Source: a virus
Taxonomy: Duplodnaviria > Caudoviricetes
Reading direction: 5' to 3' (one strand)
Length of the DNA stretch: 39,057 nt
Virus record (IMG/VR): IMGVR_UViG_3300037483_000582
Span: 1-39,057 of that record
Shown here one piece after another: positions 34,340 to 39,057 of this stretch. Both the position numbers and the translations under genes were made by a program. The notes beneath the pieces were generated by a model, which ran no database searches, had not been told where the DNA came from, and saw only the letters and a list, made by a program, of their open reading frames with translations. Numbering within the stretch: the first letter of the stretch is position 1; every line of letters begins with the position of its first letter.

Positions 34340-34470
34340 AATGCAAAGAATGTAAGTCACCCTATATTGTCTGCGGGTCGTGGAAAAACGGTAATCCTAC
34401 ATACTGGTGCATAAAGCACTGCGGCCCGCAAGAAGCAGCACTTAAGAAATCTTCACAAACTAAGCCTTGA
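34300..34470 (+). CDS. 56-aa zinc-ribbon-like protein overlapping scaffold 3' end
   Basis: AAGGA SD; ECKECKSPYIVCGSWKNGNPTYWCIKHCG. Confidence 0.45.
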   Translation: MAGDARERKETPLECKECKSPYIVCGSWKNGNPTYWCIKHCGPQEAALKKSSQTKP

Positions 34471-34496
34471 ATTTTTTAATTCCCCTCTTCTATTAT
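34467..34496 (+). promoter_or_regulatory. Candidate late promoter for capsid operon
   Basis: TTGAAT-N18-TATTAT; spacer TAATT..CCCCTC resembles that of TTGATT-N17-TAGGTT at 30109-30137. Confidence 0.45.
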
Positions 34497-34500
34497 AAAA

Positions 34501-34590
34501 GTGAGCGTACATGAAGCATCGCTCACTTCATCCCTCCATGTCGTATTGAGTTTCGGCAACTCACGACGTAAAAAAGCTCTCGTCAAGCTT
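34501..34590 (+). promoter_or_regulatory. Structured capsid 5' leader with three tandem pseudoknot-like units
   Basis: Three units of S1-TA-x-S2-x-S1'-(A)-S2' with different stem sequences. Confidence 0.6.
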
Positions 34591-34627
34591 AAGTATATGA
34601 TTTAAACCCTATGCTTAAGGAAATCTT

Positions 34628-35587
34628 ATGGCAGTTACTACAACGAGCGTTCTGCCGCCACAGGTTACCCAAAGTGCCACGCTTAAACTTCTCTCGGTTC
34701 CTACACCGAATTTTATTCATAAGCTTGGCGCTATGTACGGGACTATGCCTAGAAATGGTGGTACAACGAAAAGATACCGACGTTACAATCCACTTGCCTC
34801 AGCACTTGTGCCACTTGGCAATACCGGTGTAACGCCTCCCCCCGTATCGCTTACCTCAGTAGATATTGACGCCCAAATGTCATTCTACGGAAGCTATATT
34901 GAACTTAACGAACAAACTGTATTGCAAAATCAGGAAGATGTTTTGAACGAAGCATCTATTCGTTTAGGTGTCCAACTGAGGCAAACCGAAGACGAGCTTA
35001 TTCGTAATATGCTCGCAAGTACGGCCAGCAGTGTAAATTGCGCATACGGTAATAACGGACAAAACCCAACGAACTTAACATTCGCTGACGCTTCTGCCGT
35101 TTCTTCCGACTTGCTTAATAACAATGCGTATACCGTACTAAGAAACGTACCCGGTGAAAACCGATTCTCGACGGGCCCTGTGCGTAACTCGTACTTGGCG
35201 CTTTGCAGTACACGCTTGACTCGTTCAATGGATGCGATTCAGGAATTTATTAACGTAGCAAACTATCCGTCGCAAAACGGTATCTTGGAATCTGAATATG
35301 GCACAATGGCCAATCTTCGGTTCTTTGTATCTTCAATTGGTTCAGTTATTCCCGCTTCTTCAAGCACCGGACAGGATGTATTCAACATCTTCTGTTGCGG
35401 TATTGAGAGCTACGCAATGATTGAGCAAGACGGCTATGGTATGCAATTTATCTATCGTCCGGCTCTATATACAGGACCGCTTGCACAAAACGTACAAGTA
35501 GGCTGGAAAGCAGGACAGGTTCCGCGACTTCTTAATGATCAATGGATTCTTAAGCTTCGCTGCACATTACCTAACGTACCGCTATAA
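34628..35587 (+). CDS. Major capsid protein (N4-gp56-like, HK97 fold)
   Basis: MPRNGGTT.RYRRYNPL, YGSYIELNEQ, NYPS...ESEYG...RF, PLAQ...VGWK. Confidence 0.9.
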   Translation: MAVTTTSVLPPQVTQSATLKLLSVPTPNFIHKLGAMYGTMPRNGGTTKRYRRYNPLASALVPLGNTGVTPPPVSLTSVDIDAQMSFYGSYIELNEQTVLQNQEDVLNEASIRLGVQLRQTEDELIRNMLASTASSVNCAYGNNGQNPTNLTFADASAVSSDLLNNNAYTVLRNVPGENRFSTGPVRNSYLALCSTRLTRSMDAIQEFINVANYPSQNGILESEYGTMANLRFFVSSIGSVIPASSSTGQDVFNIFCCGIESYAMIEQDGYGMQFIYRPALYTGPLAQNVQVGWKAGQVPRLLNDQWILKLRCTLPNVPL

Positions 35588-35596
35588 GGGGAAAAC

Positions 35597-36640
35597 ATGG
35601 ACGGAACTATAATACAATCCGGCAGGTTTACTTCTACCGGTGTTGCGGTATCATTGCCGATTCGCTCTGATCTTGATTGGATGTGGGTATATAACTATAC
35701 ACAAATTGCTACTACACAGGCAACTGGACGCGGTGCTAAATTCTATTGGCAACGCGGTTTAGATGCTAATGACGGTTTTGTATATTATAAATCTGATACT
35801 ACTGATGTTATTAATCTTGATACATCAGCTAGTCTTTCTGTTGGTGGCTTTACGCTTATTGATTCATCAATTAATGATCCTGAAGCTCAACTTACGGCAA
35901 CTGCGGTATCGAGTGCTGCGCCTGCTCAAGTTAGCATAGTAGCGCATGGTTATTCGACCGGTGATATTGTGCGCATCTATTCATCAAATCAGATGCCACA
36001 AATCAATGGTATGGAATTTACCATTACCGTTAACGGTGCAAACACATTCTTGTTAACTAACTTGGATACAACGGCAACGACCGGTACATGGGTTGCTTCT
36101 ACGGCTGCATTTGCATGCCGTATACCATTCAATCCAATATTTTATCCACGCGCACGCACGATAACTAATATTGGAACCGGTGCAACAACACTGGTAACCA
36201 TGGCAGTAACTCATGGATTCACGGTCGGTCAAAAAGTAAGAATATTGGTACCTTCCAATTTCGGCATGTCATCCAGCATTAATAATCAACAAGCAACGAT
36301 TACTGCTGTTGGTACTGCTGATGAATCCGGCTTTACCAATACTATTACTCTTGATCTTGATTCAAGTGCTGCCGGCACATTTGCTTGGCCGTCTAATGCC
36401 ACAACCAAGCTCACACAAGCACAAATTGTGCCAATGGGCGAAGATACGGCAATAGCATTGGCCCAAATGCCACCGCTTGATGTTCTTGCAGATGCGACCG
36501 TAAACCGTGCATATATCGGAATACGTTTGTCATCGGGAACAAGAAGTCCTGCTGGTTCAGAAGTTGATGTTATCTATTGGGTAGCGGGTAAATCTTATTC
36601 CGCTAATCAAATAACACCGATACTTGCATCACAGATGTAA
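35597..36640 (+). CDS. Virion structural/decoration protein with two HG(Y/F)xxGxxVRI beta-barrel repeats
   Basis: AHGYSTGDIVRI and THGFTVGQKVRI; follows MCP. Confidence 0.7.
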   Translation: MDGTIIQSGRFTSTGVAVSLPIRSDLDWMWVYNYTQIATTQATGRGAKFYWQRGLDANDGFVYYKSDTTDVINLDTSASLSVGGFTLIDSSINDPEAQLTATAVSSAAPAQVSIVAHGYSTGDIVRIYSSNQMPQINGMEFTITVNGANTFLLTNLDTTATTGTWVASTAAFACRIPFNPIFYPRARTITNIGTGATTLVTMAVTHGFTVGQKVRILVPSNFGMSSSINNQQATITAVGTADESGFTNTITLDLDSSAAGTFAWPSNATTKLTQAQIVPMGEDTAIALAQMPPLDVLADATVNRAYIGIRLSSGTRSPAGSEVDVIYWVAGKSYSANQITPILASQM

Positions 36641-36642
36641 TT

Positions 36643-36672
36643 AAATGGGGAGGGGTCATCTCCTCCCCATTT
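36643..36672. terminator. Intrinsic terminator after capsid/decoration genes
   Basis: AAATGGGGAGGGG/CTCCTCCCCATTT. Confidence 0.65.
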
Positions 36673-36673
36673 C

Positions 36674-37117
36674 ATGAAGGAAATAATGGCAAGAGGAAGA
36701 AAAAAAATGGTTAAAGAAGAAGTAGTTATGAATCACGAAGCGATTGTTGATATACCGAATGTCAGCATAAAACCTACCGTCATGGGCCCAAAGACCAAAG
36801 TAAGGGCAATATTCCGTAATCTGGAAACACCGGGCGCTAATATAACGTTTACATTCGGCACAACCAGAGATATGACCACCTACTTTATGGAAGATGGCAA
36901 GATTTATACCGTGACGCTTGAGTTGCTTGAGCATCTCAACAAGGGCTGTCGTTATCCCGTACACGCATGGCGTGTTAATGAAGACGGAACCAAGTCTTCG
37001 GTAATTGGTAAGAATGTACGACGCTTCAGCATGCAGCCCGTAGAGTTTGTTGATCCAAAATATTATAAAGACTGGGATGAATCTGAAATGGTTGAACCCT
37101 CTTATATGGTTAGATAG
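36674..37117 (+). CDS. Hypothetical head-completion protein (start may be ATG 36686)
   Basis: AAGGA SD before MARGRKK; position. Confidence 0.65.
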   Translation: MKEIMARGRKKMVKEEVVMNHEAIVDIPNVSIKPTVMGPKTKVRAIFRNLETPGANITFTFGTTRDMTTYFMEDGKIYTVTLELLEHLNKGCRYPVHAWRVNEDGTKSSVIGKNVRRFSMQPVEFVDPKYYKDWDESEMVEPSYMVR

Positions 37118-37120
37118 GAA

Positions 37121-37486
37121 ATGGGTTTCCGTTATGCGGTTGCTGACCCGACATTCCAGCCGGCATTAAGGCTTATAAACGCGATAACTAATGCACATGC
37201 AGCAGTTGTTACAACATCATTTGCCCACAATTATCTTGATGGAATGATTGTTCGTTTTTATGTGCCTGATGGTTATGGAATGCGTCAGATAAACCAAAAA
37301 ACGGGAACTATTATAGTTTTGGGGTCGGATTCATTCAGTGTAGATATAGATTCACTTTCTTTTGACCCATTTCTTTTGCCGAATCCGACCCCTGTACAAG
37401 AGGCATCTGTTGTGCCAATTGGCGAGATTAACTCAATACTCAGAGCGGCAACACGCAATGTTTTGCCTTCGGGTACATTTGAATAG
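37121..37486 (+). CDS. Small structural protein with the same beta-barrel repeat as 35597
   Basis: ITNAHAAVVTT..AHNYLDGMIVRF.VP..YGM.QIN. Confidence 0.7.
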   Translation: MGFRYAVADPTFQPALRLINAITNAHAAVVTTSFAHNYLDGMIVRFYVPDGYGMRQINQKTGTIIVLGSDSFSVDIDSLSFDPFLLPNPTPVQEASVVPIGEINSILRAATRNVLPSGTFE

Positions 37487-37494
37487 GAGATATT

Positions 37495-38493
37495 ATGGCA
37501 ATTTCCACTTTGTCGGCAATACAAACTAAAGTACGCCGCCTTACACGTAAAGTCTCCGTTAATCAGCTGAGTACGGCAGATCTAAACCAATATATAAACA
37601 CCTTTGTGCTCTATGATTTTCCACAACATATTAAGCTTGATAAGTTACGCACTACTTTTACGTTTTATACAGAGCCTAATATAGACCTCTATGAAACATC
37701 TAACGACGTAACGAGCCCGTTATTTGACTTCAAGAATCGCATTATAAACATCATCCCTCCCTTTTATGTGGCGGGTTACCAAGTTTATTATAGCCAATCA
37801 CGGCAGCAGTTCTTTAATATATTCCCACGCATAAATTCACTTGTTCAAGTTGGCACGGGAGACGGTTTAACGACGTTCTTTTCTGGAACTCTATCGCAAG
37901 TACCGGTACTACAAAATAACGTGCTCTTTGAATCGGCCGACGCAAGCAATAATGCGTTGACCATTGTAGATCTACCCGTAGACTCACAAACGGGGCTTTT
38001 GGTTGCACCGGGTAGTGCAGTACCACTTGGCGGCATAAATTATCTTACCGGGTCATTCAGTCTTACATTCGGCAATCCACCCGCTAGCGGTGCAAAGGTA
38101 AATGTACAAGTAGTGCCGTATGTAGCCTCAAGACCAACAGCGTTCTTGTTTTATGACAATAAAATTACTCTGAGGCCTGTGCCTGACCAAGTTTATCAAG
38201 TACAGATGGACTGCTTTGTGCCGCCAACTGAACTTCTTGATTCGGGACAAGACCCCGAGCTAAATCAATGGTGGCAGTATATAGCTTTCGGAGCCGCCAA
38301 AAAGGTCTTTGAAGATAATTATGATATGGAAAGCGTGCAGGCTATTATGCCTGAATTCAAAAAGCAGGAAGCATTAGTACTTAGAAGAACACTTATCAAC
38401 CAAGCCAACCAACGTACTTCAACTATCTATACAGAGCAAGTTGGGCCTTGGGCGTATCAAAATTGGTGGGGCAATAATACTTCGGGATTCTAA
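37495..38493 (+). CDS. Head-tail adaptor / tail tubular protein
   Basis: TLSAIQTKVRRLT, ITLRPVPDQVYQV, WWQYIAFGAA; position. Confidence 0.7.
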   Translation: MAISTLSAIQTKVRRLTRKVSVNQLSTADLNQYINTFVLYDFPQHIKLDKLRTTFTFYTEPNIDLYETSNDVTSPLFDFKNRIINIIPPFYVAGYQVYYSQSRQQFFNIFPRINSLVQVGTGDGLTTFFSGTLSQVPVLQNNVLFESADASNNALTIVDLPVDSQTGLLVAPGSAVPLGGINYLTGSFSLTFGNPPASGAKVNVQVVPYVASRPTAFLFYDNKITLRPVPDQVYQVQMDCFVPPTELLDSGQDPELNQWWQYIAFGAAKKVFEDNYDMESVQAIMPEFKKQEALVLRRTLINQANQRTSTIYTEQVGPWAYQNWWGNNTSGF

Positions 38494-39057
38494 ATGGCTG
38501 AATTACCATATACCGTTAATGTGCCGCTGAGCAATCAGCGAATTGATGATACACAAGAAAATATTCAGGATAACTTCGAGGCTATTAAGGATATCTTTGA
38601 AGTCAATCATATAACATTTGATGATCCGGGCTTTGGTTTCCATGACTTCATCTCACTGATTGATAATCTCAATAATCCAATTTCAGCAGTTACAAGCACT
38701 GAACTACTGATTTATAATGGCAATGAAACTCGAACGGAAGAACGCCAAGTATATATAAGACGCTCAGGACGTCTTGATGTGCCATTTACAGCCCAATTAA
38801 GCAACACACAAAAAGGTGACAAAATACCTGGCTGGTCTTATCTGCCCTCAGGATTGCTGCTGAAGTATGGAAATAGTGGTATGGGTAGTACGGGCACCGC
38901 TCAAAGAATAACTAAAACGCTTATTTATAATCAGGGTCCACCGTTTACATCATTCGGTCTTGCAGCAGCACCATTTAGATGTATTTTGACGGCTTCTCAG
39001 AGAAGCGCAGGCTTGCCGCTTGCACACGGAACGCTTGGCAATGATAGCGTTATTATA
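38494..39057 (+). CDS. Virion/tail protein spanning the circular junction (continues 128..181; 205 aa), paralogue of 181..747
   Basis: Not in ORF track. MAELPYTVNVPLSNQRIDDTQENIQDNF...GWSYLPSGLLLKYG...FNYLIIGPAD*; TAA overlaps the next ATG at 181. Confidence 0.85.
   Translation, partial: MAELPYTVNVPLSNQRIDDTQENIQDNFEAIKDIFEVNHITFDDPGFGFHDFISLIDNLNNPISAVTSTELLIYNGNETRTEERQVYIRRSGRLDVPFTAQLSNTQKGDKIPGWSYLPSGLLLKYGNSGMGSTGTAQRITKTLIYNQGPPFTSFGLAAAPFRCILTASQRSAGLPLAHGTLGNDSVII
38931..39057. repeat. Terminal direct repeat, copy 2
   Basis: Identical to 1-127; 127 is a common assembler k-mer size. Confidence 0.97.

Overview
The window looks like a complete, circularly assembled ~38.9 kb tailed dsDNA phage genome. 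Bases 1-127 repeat exactly at 38931-39057, and one gene reads through that join. Organisation is podovirus-like. The + strand morphogenesis arm runs TerL 28581, P22-like portal 30177, scaffold, N4-gp56-like major capsid 34628 and head-tail proteins, then wraps to tail proteins, three ejection-like proteins and a long repetitive fibre (1-13.5 kb). A leftward early block (13.6-16.6 kb) holds an ERF recombinase and three degenerate HNH proteins. A rightward block holds HTH, replication and RusA genes plus a probable TerS. An ~8.5 kb accessory island separates TerS from TerL. I could not recognise an integrase, polymerase, helicase or lysin. Most interesting signals: (1) a DIP1984-like helical protein gene followed by ~580 nt of structured non-coding sequence, including a ~330 nt long-range-closed RNA with an embedded tRNA mimic and a 7-8 nt periodic tract; (2) a six-copy dispersed covarying hairpin motif, several copies just behind promoters; (3) four DUF2829/Tad2-like paralogues with a shared DNA start repeat and an SPFH gene inside the array; (4) three tandem pseudoknot-like units in the capsid leader; (5) apparently catalytically dead HNH paralogues with amphipathic tails. 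All family calls come from motif recognition by eye, not database searches.
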